From NCBI GenBank assembly GCA_965153455.1, contig OZ234493.1, positions 32,044,213-32,108,212 of the forward strand: a stretch of DNA of 64,000 bases, in the 5' to 3' direction. Shown piece after piece: positions 37,866 to 51,120 of the stretch. This DNA comes from Sphagnum compactum. Lineage: Eukaryota. Position numbers and translations under genes: made by a program. The notes beneath the pieces are model-generated. The model worked only from the letters and a program-made list of their open reading frames with translations. It made no database searches and was not told where the DNA came from. The stretch's first letter is position 1; every line of letters begins with the position of its first letter.

Positions 37866-38220
37866 TGCAATGGTTGTTTGCACTAAGCTTGCATTGAATA
37901 GCAATGGCTACTTACATTAAGCTTGCATTGAGTAACAATGGCTATTTACATTGAACACACATTGAACAATGATGGTTGCTTGCATTGAGCTTGCACTAAT
38001 TTTACACTAAACAATGATGGTTGCCTGCACTAAACTTGCATTGAGTTTACACTAAACAATGATGGCTACCTACACTAAGCAACGATGACTACCTGCACTA
38101 AGCACTGAGTAACAATGGCTACTTGCATTAAGCACTCAGCAACGATGACTACTTACATTAAACATTTAGTGGCAATGATTACTTGCACTAAGCATTGAGC
38201 AACAATGGCTACTTGCAACT
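37866..38220. repeat. Degenerate minisatellite of roughly 31-45-bp units (AATGGCTACTTGCACTAAGCATTGAGCAAC-like), about 10 copies
   Basis: The AATGGCTAC/GATGACTAC...TGCACTAAGC...TTGAG core recurs throughout. Confidence 0.8.
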
Positions 38221-41200
38221 TGAAAAACATAGTAAGATATGAACCCTAATTGTAGATGATGATGAATTAAGTTGATTTGTAGTTAAGCAACTTGAGGTAA
38301 GACAAACACAATTCTCCTACCTTTGATGAAAGCAAGACCGAATCACAACAATGTGCACTATGCAATAGACCATGATGATTACAATGTGAGCTTGGAGGAC
38401 GATGGACATCAATTGACAATGATAGAAAAGCAAACTAAAAAGGAAGAAAGTTGAATCCCAAATAGTACTTCATCGACTACTACAAAGTCCAAATTGGTAA
38501 AAAGAATTTGATTTATATGGTCTCGGCCCCTAGTCCTCCATTGACGATTGTACATAGAAGGATTCACACTACGTAATGCAATTGCACATTGGCACACTGC
38601 ATAATAGGGTAGGCACACAACTTCACATTGCACAAGCCCCCACCCTCAAGTTCCAAGTTCCAACCAACATTCAAGGTTGCAGATTATAGAATCAAATTTG
38701 AATGCAACAATAATGCAAAACAAGTACTCTTATTAACCTTAAAATCTTACCATGTGTGGCGATGGGTTTAGGGTTTAGGAATAGACAGTTGGTGAACCAT
38801 CCACCATTTGGTCTAGCCTTTCAACAAATTTGCCCAAAAAAAAAAGGTTTTCTTTTCAGGCTGAAAGGTAAGAGCTGCCCCTTTGAGGTTGAAAAAATCT
38901 GGTGATATTTTGCCACTAAAAAAAAAACGCTTTCTTAGCACCCCTAGCATAAACTAGAGGCAAACAATCAATCCGTGGGTGAAAAAAAAAACAAATCGAC
39001 ATGCCCAATTTGGGGATCTCGTGCTGGGTTTTCCAACTTGGACCCCTATTTGAAGACTTTATGGAGAACACAAAAGAAGGGATAAGGGAGGCACAGAAGA
39101 GGTGAAAGTGGGGGCCCAACTGGGCACCATGTTACCAGATATATTATTATAACAAATTCTCTAGAAAGGGTTAACAGAGAGAGACTTTTCAGGCATGCCA
39201 TTTGGACCAGAAATTTTCCTCAATTTTTTTTGATTTCATAAAAACTGATTGATGCATAAGTATAAAGTATATGTGAAAATGGAAGTGCAACTTGCACCAA
39301 GTTCTAACAAACTGATTAATGGGTTTAGGGTTTAGGGTTGACAACCATTGACAACCATCTTGAGCAAATGTTAGCAAAGCCCAAAGAGAAGAAACAGCAC
39401 ACACAAATTGCCATAACCTTGTACTATTGGTATAAGGAGGAAGGAGGTTGTCAATGTATGTATATAGGGAATGTATGTTAGGGTTTGTGCACACCCATGA
39501 ATAAAAAACCAGAGAGAAGCAAAGCATGTGTTAAAAAGGACCAAATTCCTGTTAAACACTCCTTGCACTTTGCATATTTCTTTTGCATAAGCCATGCACA
39601 AGCTAAGTGCACATTTAAGTATTAAATTCGCTAGTGCAACTCCTCTAATGGAAATCAAGGCACCAATTCGAACAATCTCATTCGTCACATAAGCTTTTCT
39701 TTTTCAAAAGCTAGACACAAGCCTATAACAAAATACACAGACCTTGTATATTTGAGTCTACCTTTTACGATATTATGAATAACCCTTGTTTGGATATATA
39801 GTCTTTTTTTTTCTTTTTTTTAAAAAAAATCTCTTTGCAAAAATTTTGACCTCACAAAAAAGAAAATGGAATATCTTGTTTCAAACTCCCCATTTTTTGA
39901 AAACTTTCATCAAATCCTCTACGAAAAAAGTTTTTGAGCAAAATTTCACCACATTTTGACTCACTTTTTTTTAAGTTTTGGGGCAGTTTTTCACTAGTTT
40001 CTACAGTTTTGATAGTTTACTACAAACCTTGCCAATTGATGCTCAATCTTGTTTGGCCTGTATGTAGGGCACTCTTTTAATAATTTCAAAAATTACAATA
40101 TTTCAAAAATTCGTCCTTAAAATAAGAAGATATATATTTTGTTGCAGATTCTCTGTTTTTGGTGGTAAAAAAAAAATCAGCAAGTTCTTTAAAATTATTT
40201 TTCTTTGCAAAAATTGATCTTCAAAATAAATGAAAATAGTAAGTTTGTACCAAAAATTAGAAAAATAGAAAATATTTCATTTTTAGAGACAGTAGAGTTG
40301 TTCGTCAAGTAGGAAAACACAGCACCAGAACCCCGAGTTTGATCATAAATTTAAATAAACTTTTGAAAGTATAGTAGCATTCAACTCGGCGTGAAAATCA
40401 GAAAACCATCAATTTTGGTGATAAACTGAGTTTTATCCTTTTGCCTGCTCCACTGCTGCTGGAGCATATATTTTCTCTACTCAGGAACCTGTACAACTAC
40501 TATAATTACTCTCCGACCGACCTTATGCATTAAATGCTGAGTTCCAGCATTTTATACTGAGATTTAATAAAATTTCCTTTCTTTGCAGATCTATCATTGA
40601 AGGTAGTTTGTTTGTTTTGTTTTGTTTTGTTTGTACTTATGAGATCCACCGAACTGGGATGCTTCAGATTGTATCCTCAGTCTCTTTGGAGAGCTCTTGG
40701 AGGAGGGATGCATGAGCTTGGTTCTATGGCGCTTGGACTTGTGGAGGGGGGAGGAGAAGCCACGCCACCAACAACAGGAGTCTACTACAGCTCCAATTCG
40801 CCACTTATGCTCTGACATGACATTTAGGGTGCCAGATTGCATCCAGTCAGAAGGGAAGTTTCGCCATATTTTAATTGTTTAGGACGGTTTTTTCTGTTCC
40901 TATTTTTTATTTTTTTGAAAAAAAAAGTCTTTCAAAAATTTCGCCATTAAAGCTACATGATTTGAAAGATTAGTGCCACTCATGCTAAACCGTGCTACAT
41001 CTCTTGTGGGACAATTGCCACCCATGCTACATCACAAAAAAAAATGAAGAAAAAAAGTTTAACAAAAAATCACCTAAATCTGGCGATTCTTTTCTTTTTC
41101 CCCCTGAAAAATGGAGACGCTTGCTTCCCCTCAGCCCAAAAAACAGAATAAAATTTTCTTTTATTTTATTTATTTTTCTTGCGAAATTTCGCCATGCACC

Positions 41201-41719
41201 CCTCAAATTTTTTTTTAATTTAAAAAAAAATCACTGTACGACAGCAATTGTGAAGGCCCACCCAACCCCATCCAAAACAATATAATATTAAAAAAGAGAA
41301 ACACGTGCGTTGACGGACGATTAACGTGAACAGAAAAGATGGTGTCACACTTTCGTCGTCGTCCGTGCGCCACAGACTCATTCCTTCCGCCGTGCGTTAC
41401 GCTTCTCCTCCTCCTCCTCGTTGCTGCTGCTCGAGCTCGAGATCCCTTTGGATTCTTGCAACACGAATTTCTAGTATCTAGATCAGGCCCTTGCATGACC
41501 GATTTGTCGTGGAAATGCTGCATCGCAACCGATCGTAGTTAATAATTTCGCATTTCAATACTTCAGTAACTTTGTCGTCTTCTCCACACAACTATCGCTG
41601 CTGCTGCTGCTGCTGCTACTCGTAGCCATCTTATGGGTTTCCGCAGGTCCAGCTTTGCATGTAGGTCTCATGTGGTTTTAATTTCTGTAAAGCTCAAAAT
41701 CGTTCTTCTGTTTCATTTC

Positions 41720-41970
41720 AACAACAGCTTCCAGTCAGTGTCATGTGGGAGTCGAGTGGGGGAGTAGATTGCCTTTTTATTCGTGTGTTTTTTCTTCGGA
41801 TTTTGTTTTGGGTTTGTGGGATCTGTTTGATTTGGAAAACGTTTCTGAGGGAGGTCGTTTAACAACAGCTTCCAGTCAGTGTCATGAGGGAGTCGAGTAC
41901 GGAGTAGATAGTGTTTTTTTTGTCGGGTTTGTGTTTTGGGTTTGTGGGATCTGTTCCATTTGGAAGACGT
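41720..41970. repeat. Tandem duplication (~141-bp period) upstream of the WD40 coding region
   Basis: AACAACAGCTTCCAGTCAGTGTCATG.GGGAGTCGAGT...TTTTGGGTTTGTGGGATCTGTT...ATTTGGAA.ACGTTT occurs at about 41720 and 41861. Confidence 0.85.
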
Positions 41971-42138
41971 TTTTGATCTTGTTACCAGAATTTTTGTTCT
42001 TGGACGTAGTCTACTGTTGATCTTGAGAGGAAAGCACTGACCAGTAGTCGAAGAATATTGTTACAGTACACAGAGTTTGTTCAACAAATTTTCACTCATT
42101 GGGTGCATGCACGATATCAGCCACCCCACAAGAAGGAG

Positions 42139-44521
42139 ATGTCGTCAGGTGAAAAGATGAAGGGACCCGCGCCAGCGGCTGCTGCAAACTTGGATCCTAA
42201 TAATAATAAAAATACTGGAATTCATACTTACGAGGCACCTTGGCCTCTCTATGGAATGAATTGGAGCAACCGCAGGGAGACTAGATTTCGTCTTGCCGTT
42301 GGCAGCTTCATCGAGGATTACCCCAATAAGGTAACGTACACACACACACCACTGTCTTCGCATACATACCAAGTTTCTTCTCTCTCTCTCTCTCTCTCAA
42401 AACCAAGAACTAGTACAAGAAGAATTAGGATCTCTTTCCATCAGGCTGCTGTGATCACGATTTACACAGAATCAGTGTGCTGTGATAGCAGCAGCCTAAT
42501 GGAAAGCCACTAACATAGGGCCTTGTTTCTTTCTTGTTGCAGGAATAGTCGCTTTCCATTGGAGAGCTGCAAGCAATGCACAGAAAATGATGTAAATAAT
42601 CATGTTAGGAACTTTGGGAACACATGTTCTCATGCAAACGACAGATAGACGTCACTGAATGCGGTGAGACACGGTTTGATTCATAGCATGCATGACTGAT
42701 AGAGGTGCGAGATGACGTACTGTGAGAACAGCTAGTTGAAAAAACATAATGGAAAGCTTCTGTGATCACAGGATCTGTGTTGTGAGCCTGCTGTGATCAT
42801 AGGATCTGTGATCACAACAGCCTAATGAGAAGATGTCCTTAGTCCAGTCGGAGAGAGAGAGAGAGAGAGAGATGGGTGCTTGAGTTTTTGAGGCGAGCAA
42901 GGTTCAGGGGGTCCAATGCAGCCTGGTGCTACAAATCTTACATGAAACGATAGTTTTCCTGCACACACCTGCACACACTGCACAGGTGGAGATAGTTCAG
43001 CTGGATGAGACGACAGGGAGGTTCTACCAGAATCCAAAGCTGTCAGTGGAGCACCCCTACCCAGTGACCAAGATCATGTTCATTCCAGACAAGGAAAGCC
43101 AGAAGACGGATTTGATGGCAACCACGGGAGACTACTTGCGCATATGGCAGATCCATGATGCAGATGAGGAGGCGAAGAAATTGGAGCTCAAGAGCCTTCT
43201 CAACAATAGACCAAAAGATGAGTATTGCGTCCCACTCACGTCCTTCGATTGGAGTGAAGTGGAGCCGTGGAGGATCGCGACAAGCGGCATCGACACCACT
43301 TGTACAGTCTGGGATATCGACAAGGGAGTTGTGGATACACAGCTCATTGCACATGACGACGTGGTGAACGACATCGCATGGGTTGGTGGTGTTGCAGGAA
43401 GCGTCGCCGCTGCTCCCGTCTTCGCATCTGTGTCCGATGACGGCTCGGTCCGCATGTTTGATCTGCGAGATTATCGTCACTCCACCATTCTTTACGAGAG
43501 CAAACCTCCGCAAACTCCGCTCATCCGTCTCAGTTGGAACAAACAAGATCCTCGCTACCTCGCTACCGTTCAACGACACTCCAACACGGTTGTGCTGCTG
43601 GATCTGCGCGTCCCTTCCGTTTCTGTCTCCGAGCTCCACAACCACCATGCATGCGTGACTTCTGTGGCTTGGGCGCCACACAGCAAGCACCATCTTTGCT
43701 CCGTCGGTGACGATTTCCAGGTACAACCCTTGAACCCTAAACCCCTGAAACCCTAAAACCCTTGTGCGAATTCTGTTGCTTGGGCCTCACACAGCATGCA
43801 TGCACCATCTTTGCTCCATTGCTAATGATTCTTCACAGGCACAACCCTAAGACCAATGAATTTACTCAAAATTTAAGATAATAACTTGACATACAAAGAT
43901 CCCTACTCTTCAAGAACGAGAAAAAATTATCTCAAATTTTGACAACCGTGTCTGTCTGATGGAGAAGAAGGTGTGCAAAAACACTTTCATCTTAAGATAT
44001 ACAAATGTTGAAGTTTATGATCATGTTTCCCCCTTTGCTTTGCAATGAGTAAAGCCCATGGGTGAAAAGAGGGACATTTCCCAAAATGCAAGAAAGAACT
44101 CAACTCAACCACTGCCTTGACCTAGGCCCCTTCCTTATTTTGCAAACATCCCGCACCTAGTAAGGCTTTGCCTTACACAAAATTTGAGATCAAGGGTTCT
44201 ATGCGCAGAGAATGGGGTGAATTTGAGTAAGTCAATAATCAATCAACAAAAATGAGAGACAAAATGTTTTGAAAACTCCATGAGAGACACTCACTGGAGA
44301 TTTTTCAACTGGAGATTTTTTTTTAAAAAAGAGTTTTTTGATGTCAGGCACTCATTTGGGATACTTCAGCAAAACCACCAGATAGAGAGCTGGAGCCAAT
44401 TTTGGCATATTCAGCTGGAGCTGAAATCAACCAAGTGCAATGGTCAGCAGCTCAGTCTGAATGGGTGGCTATTGCTTTTGCAAACAAGCTCCAAATTCTA
44501 AGGGTTTCCTTGCCTACTTGA
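42139..44521 (+). CDS. WD40-repeat protein of the AN11/TTG1/LWD/DCAF7 family; exons 42139-42330, 42986-43720, 44348-44521
   Basis: '[13 protein letters not shown]...[19 protein letters not shown]', '[10 protein letters not shown]', '[10 protein letters not shown]', 'PLTSFDW', '[10 protein letters not shown]', 'TQLIAHD', '[18 protein letters not shown]', '[11 protein letters not shown]', 'WAPHS..HLCS.GDDFQ|ALIWD' and '[15 protein letters not shown]'. Two phase-0 GT-AG introns. Confidence 0.92.
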
Positions 44522-45123
44522 AAGTAGTAGGGGGTTCACAAGTGAAGGGGCCAAAACACACTCAAGCAATTTGTTTTATGGTAAGTAGAGTAAATACTAA
44601 AACACCCTTTTGTATGTTCAATTCTTTCTTACAACACACTCACCCTAAGCTCCTTTGCTCTTTTGGATTTCTAGAGTTAACTCTACCATATTAACCCTTC
44701 ACATTGTAGCTAGCTACCTACATTGTAGCCACCAGCTGCCTTACCTACTTACCTGCCTAGCTAGTTAGCAATCTCTTAGATTCTCTTAGATTCCCTACCT
44801 ACCTTCCAGTGATAGGGCAGCATACTCCTAAACCCTAAACCCTTTGGACTATCCAACTCTATGTAACAACCCCTACTTGTGCATTAAAAATGTGTAACCA
44901 GCTTTGGTGTTGTATTCAGGCATCTTTTTAGGTTTTTAGTCATCTGCTGGTTTCACTTTGGGTTATGCCAATTTCACTTGTAATGTGAATCAAAGGGTCC
45001 AAGGGGAATAAATACTATGGTTATGCTCTAGAACATGCCCATTCCATAGTACATCAAAGGTAAGAGCATAATCTCTTGTCAGAGCTTCCGACCCCCATAA
45101 GATCTTGGTCAATGGTCAACATG

Positions 45124-47590
45124 ATCTTTACGAATTTTGTAAGGTTCTGTTTTCAAAAAAATAATTTAATTTAATTTTTTTCTCTTTTTTTTCTTTTTTT
45201 TTAGATACATTTTCTTTTCTTTACCATTTTTTTTTCTTTCAATATGTTCAAGAAATCTTTTAACTATTCTCGAAATTTCTTTACAAGTTTGAAGTTCAAA
45301 AGAAAAACAAGGCAACTTAATGACACATTCACAAGACATACAAAATTTGAAATTCAAAAAAATTGTTGGAAAAGAGCTTGAAGAAATAAGTGATGAAAGA
45401 GCTTGCATTGCACGGATGAAATAACAAAAGAGAGCATTGATGTTTTGCACAAGAAACAAACAAAACAATGTTAACACAAAAGATGAAGAGAAACATGCAA
45501 TGGTGCTACAAGCACACCACACAACAAAGGGAAAATTATCAACAAAAAAATAAAAATAGACATATTGTTGGCACAAACACAATGAAAAAGATCAACAATG
45601 TTGTCAACAAGAAAAAGAAGATGCATGACTGAAGTTTTGCAAACATTGTCAAAAAAAGCCAAAAAATAATGATGGATTGAAATTCTACAAACAATGTTGC
45701 AACTCGTTCAAAGTAGATGAGAGATTAAAAATAAATGTTCCCAAACTTGTTTAAAGAAAACAAGAAACACTAAAAAAGACAAATGTTGCAAGAATGTGCT
45801 TGAAGAGGAAGAGTCACACTACAAACATTTGCAACATCAAGAAGAAACAAAGACACAAGGTTGTTTGTCATGTTAGCCTGAAAAGTATACAAGCTCTTTG
45901 ACTTAACAAGCGCTAGATCAAAATAAAACAACCTCCTCAACAAAAAAAACAACATCTTAAACAAAACGAAAACAAAAAAACTTTATGATGAAAACTTATT
46001 AGCCAAAAAAAAAAAGGAAAGTGGAGTTATCGAAGCACTCATGAAAGCTCAATGCAAGCCAAAAGACATTGAAACATAAAAACGAAGCTTTTGAGGCACA
46101 CTTATCAAACCTCAAACAAAAGCAAAAAGATGACACAAAAATGCCCCCACAAGAGCTAATTAAAGCGAAAGAAAACAAATATGACAAACAAAATTATTTT
46201 TTAAAAAACATGGTTAAAAATCAAAATTTCTAACATAGGTGATCTTTTTACTCATTCCAATGTTATATACCTATTATAAGTTTGCCTTTACTTGGGATGG
46301 ATATTTGATTTTTTAGGCAAGCCAAAGGTGGGTAAATCCAAAAATATATCAATATCATCATTTTGAAGCAAATGTATGTTTCAATATTTGCAATTGCACT
46401 TAATTATAATGATGGACTTGTTGTAGTTGTAACATTCAAGTCATTGGTGCATTTTTTTCACATTTCGCATTTTTGTTCCTTGCACAAAATACACCTTTAG
46501 CAAGATTGTTACATATGAACTACCTTTGGAACTTTTGTAGATTTTTCTACCATTTACATGAATGCTTTGAAAGTACAATTACTACAAAACATTTTAGGCC
46601 TTTCATTTTGTTTTTGTTCATTTTCCTTTAAAATATCTTTCATGCATATTCTTTGTTTTCGATCTTTTCTTATGATAGATTCTAAGAGCCTACGAAAGAT
46701 TATGCAAAATCACCCATATACCAGCTCCTCAAAATTTCATCACTAGAATTATTATATTTTGAGGGAATTATTAATAGAAATTAACCCAACAATAGTTCCA
46801 AAATTATTAATGGAATTATTTCCTTTTCACTAAATTGTTCAATTTTATATCTTTGACCTAATATAGGAATACTAAACTTCTCAACCATCAAAGTATAAAA
46901 TGTTAATCTCTTACACCAATCCTTGAGCACCACAAGGAAAATAAACAAGAAACTTGAAAATTGCAAACAATTTTTTAAAAAAGAAGATTTTGCAATTCAT
47001 TGGTAGGAAAATCTCAATCAAGGTGAATTTTAAGCTACAACTTTTTATGTTAACAAAATTTGATTTTTTTTCTTGTTGATAAGCAAAGGGATTTTCTTAA
47101 ATGATAAATGTACATACATAAGGAAATGATTAATCATCCACAACCCATACTTAAGAATGGTCATTTTTCACAGATTTTATCTAAAATTTCCAAAGAGTAA
47201 TTGCTTTGGGCTTGTTGGAATGCAAATTGAGTTGTGAAGGTTTTGTTTCTTTGTAATTGAAATGGATGTTGCATCAAACAAGACTACCCATCAAATGGGT
47301 TCATTTTATATACATGTTACTCTGGTTTGATATTACTGAATACATGTTTTATAACATCACAAAACTCCGTGTGGATCTCCATGGTTTGCAAGACTCCCTT
47401 TGATAGCTTGTACACACACTCATTTTCTTTTGTCTCTTTAATGATATTTGTGGTTTTTCTCCAGGTTTGGTATCCATCATATATGAATACCCATCTAAAA
47501 GATGAGGATAAAAATAAGTAAGAAATTTCAACATTTTGCAACACTAGGTAGGTGGAACATCCAAAATCATATATACCCATGCAACACTAG
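45124..47590 (+). mobile_element. Possible highly decayed non-autonomous Helitron-like element
   Basis: A|TC start near 45124, a decayed Glu/Arg/Gln coiled-coil-like frame at 45300-46190, and a CCCATGCAACA-CTAG|T end at 47590. No Rep or helicase motifs are seen. Confidence 0.3.
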
Positions 47591-48917
47591 TTTCAACACT
47601 TAATAAGGACTCATTTGCATAAGAAAACCACAAAGGAAAAAAAAAATGCATTAAAAAGAGGTTTAGCTTGATTGTTTGTTGAATTCTTTTGGAGAGCTAT
47701 AGAGGTATTCATCAGTATGTGGATGGGCTGATAATGCTGAAAAGCCCATTGAGGCCACTTTGGGTATTTCAACTTGTTAAATCAATCTTAGTTATTGAAT
47801 TGTGAGGCATCATTTGCATTACAATTGCAATCTTGAAACAAGTATATGAGGAAAGTCTTAACTCCTTGGTCTACTTCTTTGAGTAGACACATGGAGTATT
47901 GCACATGGTACTACAACACACTTTTGGAGGCAGGTTGTATACAGGATCAACTGCTTACAATGCGAGCAGAAAACGAAGAAAGAAAAACTCCAAAAACAAC
48001 AAAGATTGTGAAATCAAAGTACACACTTTGATGAAGTTTCGCCTTCCATTTCCCCCATTCAAAAGATGAAGTACTTATGATGGTAATAGTCAAGCTACTT
48101 CTCTCAAAGTTTTGAACTTTTCAATCATGTCGTTTCCTTTCCTTTCCTTTCCTTTCACCTAACAAAAGGAGAATGTGCTTCTCACACCCCATTTCCCATC
48201 CCCTTTGCCTCCACAGCTTTGTTTGTTTCACAGAGTGCCCGAACCTTCCTTATGGGAACCCAACAGAAAAGTGTTTTCCTGTCCACCCACCATCCATCTC
48301 TCGTAGTGCTCTGCTGGTGGCTGTTTTGATTCATTCTGGCCATAGCAAAATAGACGGCTACTAAGTAAATAGATGGATGTAAATGGTTAGTAAGTAGGTG
48401 GGGTTGGGTTTGGAGGTAAGTGGTGTGTGAACACAGCAATTGAACTAACCACCATGGTTAGCTAGGGACTTGGAACCCCATTGGAAAAGCTGTTTTTTTT
48501 TTTTTTCTGTCCACCTACCATCCATCCATCCCTCATGGTGCTCTCTGTTGGCTATTGGTTCATTTCTGACCACTGTGAAGTACAAAATGCTTCTCTTCTC
48601 CAACTCATTTCACTAGTGAAGTAGGAGAGACAAACACAATCAAGAGAGAGAGAGAGAGAGAGAAAACAATTGACATTTTGATGTTTGTTTGGTTTGGATT
48701 TCCACACTATGGGCTATAATGGTTCTAGGAAGTAGGTAACATTTTTTACATTCATGTCTAGGTTTTAGCCAATAATATAGAAGCATTGCTTAAAAAAATT
48801 TATGATTTCATGCATATCTCCAATAGCCAAGTAGGTAGCCACCATTATACAAGGATGCTTAAAAAAATTTTGATTTTCATATTTTCATCATATTCAAATT
48901 TAACCATCTTCGTGGAT

Positions 48918-49231
48918 TGTATTGCAAAATCATCACTATGAGAAAATCATGTCTCTATTGCAAAATCATCACTATGAGAAAATCATGTCTGTATTGCAAA
49001 CTCATCACTATGAGAAAATCATGTTTGTATTGCAAAATCATCACTATGAGAAAATCATGTCTGTATTGCAAAATCATCACTATGAGAAAATCATGTCTGT
49101 ATTGCAAAATCACTATGAGAAAATCATGTGTGTATTGCAAAATCACTATGAGAAAATCATGTCTGTATTGCAAAATCACTATGAAAAAATCATGTTTGTA
49201 TTGCAAAATCACTATGAGAAAATAATGTCTG
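48918..49231. repeat. Minisatellite: about 5 x 36-bp units followed by about 4 x 33-bp units (GTATTGCAAAATC[ATC]ACTATGAGAAAATCATGTCT)
   Basis: Near-perfect tandem units; translation gives repeated MRKSCLYCKIIT and then MRKSCLYCKIT. Confidence 0.95.
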
Positions 49232-51005
49232 TTACGACTTGTCTGTCTAGTCTAATTGTAATTTTATTTTATTGAACATTTTTTAAAGTTGTAATCTAGT
49301 TCCGTTGAATATTTTTTTAACTATATCAAACAAATTACAACAAACATAAATTTCTCATAATGAATTTTATTTATTTATTTATTTTTAAAACACTGCTCCC
49401 AAGGATACCTTGAAAAGCCATGCCAAACTCTGGGCATAGTAGTGGCACAGCACGAGGATATTCTTGACAACAGTGCATACCCACCAGGTATCAGTCCGGG
49501 TATCATAGTTGATAACCATGATGGTACACGTAAATCGAAAGCTATGTGGATCTTGGGACATATATGAAATAAAATAAATATTCAGATTCTCAAGTTTTTT
49601 ATAAACGTTATTCTTAGGTTGGCTCACCTCTATAGGTAGGTGAGAAGGGGAGGACTTTGAGCATAACATATGGGATTAAAGCGAGGTGCTATTGGGAACA
49701 CCCTTGGGGAACACATTGGGAACCTGATAGGAACTCATAGGGTACTCGAGGGGAACATGTTGGGAACAAAGGAAAAATGACCAAAAAAATCAAGGCACTT
49801 TGAGGTCATGCTGAGCCTTCCCATTGACTGAGTGGCGTGAAATTTTCTGTTTTCCAAAACTGTTGGTCACCATTTTTGGCCTGGGCTAATACTTCCATTA
49901 TAAACTGGGGGTACTTAATTTATTCACCTCTCCTATTAATTAGATGAGATGCCTCCCAAGTTCAATTTTATTTTTTTATTTTTTTCTCAATGACCCAAAT
50001 TTGATTGGCCCATCACTCAAAAAATGAAACTATGGAGGCTCCCCAAAATAGGACTTTTTTCTATTTTGAAGCATATAGTTTCTCCCCTTTGGCTCACCTA
50101 TAAAGGTGAAAGGAGGACAACATTTGCCAAAACATATGGGATAAAAGCAAGGTGCTATGGGGAACATGTCAGGAACATGGGAACTCTTTTTGGATGAATT
50201 ATTTTTTGGATGAGTTCATCTCTTATGATATGATGCTTTGGTCCCTGCCTTTCCCTCTTGGGATTTTGTGTAAAAACAAAAAGGGTGAGAAAAGGTGAGG
50301 GACAAGAGGCTCTCAAGCATATATACTCTCTCCCCAACAACTACCTACAAATCTGACATCTTTCCAAACAAAAAAGAAAATCCCAACATGAGGCTGGCTG
50401 GTCTATCTATGCAACAAGTTTGTATCTATCTACATACATGAGAGAGATTGTGATCAAATTTCCTTAACTTCACCAGCACCCTCAGATGGGATGGATGATG
50501 TGCTTGGACCAGTGGATGACCCAGCTGTAACAGCACAGCATGAGGCATGGATGATAAGTGATCCGAAAAACAATTTTCTGTTGGGTTCCAGTTCCCTAGG
50601 TAACCATGGTGGTTGGCTTAGTTGCTTTTTCTTTACTACTTATCAACTAGGTAGTGAGTAAAAACATGTTGGGTTTCCATGCCTTGTATCCTTAGGGGTT
50701 GGTTGTTCCATGAAAGGCCACTCACTTGGTAATTATTTTTTTCCACGGAAATGCCTTGCCTGGCTCCCCCACCCACTATTATTTTAGTTGGGGGGGGGGG
50801 GGGGGGGGGGTTTCCATGAAAGGCCGTCCGTCACTATTTATTTCATTTAGGGGCTGTTTCCGTGAAAGGGCCACCCACTCATTATTATTTTCCGAATGTT
50901 TGTTAGGTGCCCAAATTTTTGGCTGGGTTCCATGGGTGCTTGCCGCTCGGACCCATACATACAACTTACATACATTGGACAATATGCGGTTTATGAAAAC
51001 CGTCC

Positions 51006-51120
51006 AGAAAATTTCTAAGTGTATTTGGAGGTAACCTTACATAGTGCAAATTTTCATCCGCAAGAAAATTTCTAGTGTATTTGGAGGTAACCTTACATAG
51101 TGCAAATTTTCATCCGCAAG
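51006..51120. repeat. Near-perfect 57-bp tandem duplication
   Basis: AGAAAATTTCTA(A)GTGTATTTGGAGGTAACCTTACATAGTGCAAATTTTCATCCGCA occurs twice; related AAGTGTATTTGGAGG cores lie at about 51500 and 51590. Confidence 0.85.

Noticed and set aside
38409..38633. Cys-containing 74-aa ORF
   Set aside because: It has no ATG start or recognisable domain and lies within TE-derived sequence.
26078..38775. Possible termini of the minus-strand hAT (CATAGTTTCATCACTA at about 26079 versus TGGCGATG at about 38757)
   Set aside because: There is only a short imperfect match and no 8-bp TSD, so the boundaries cannot be supported.
43043..43726. 227-aa minus-strand ORF
   Set aside because: It is the antisense shadow of the GC-rich WD40 exon 2.
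48917..49275. CRISPR-like or metallothionein-like appearance of the 33-36-bp repeats
   Set aside because: The units are head-to-tail with no unique spacers and no cas genes, in a eukaryotic context; the ORFs arise from unit lengths divisible by 3.
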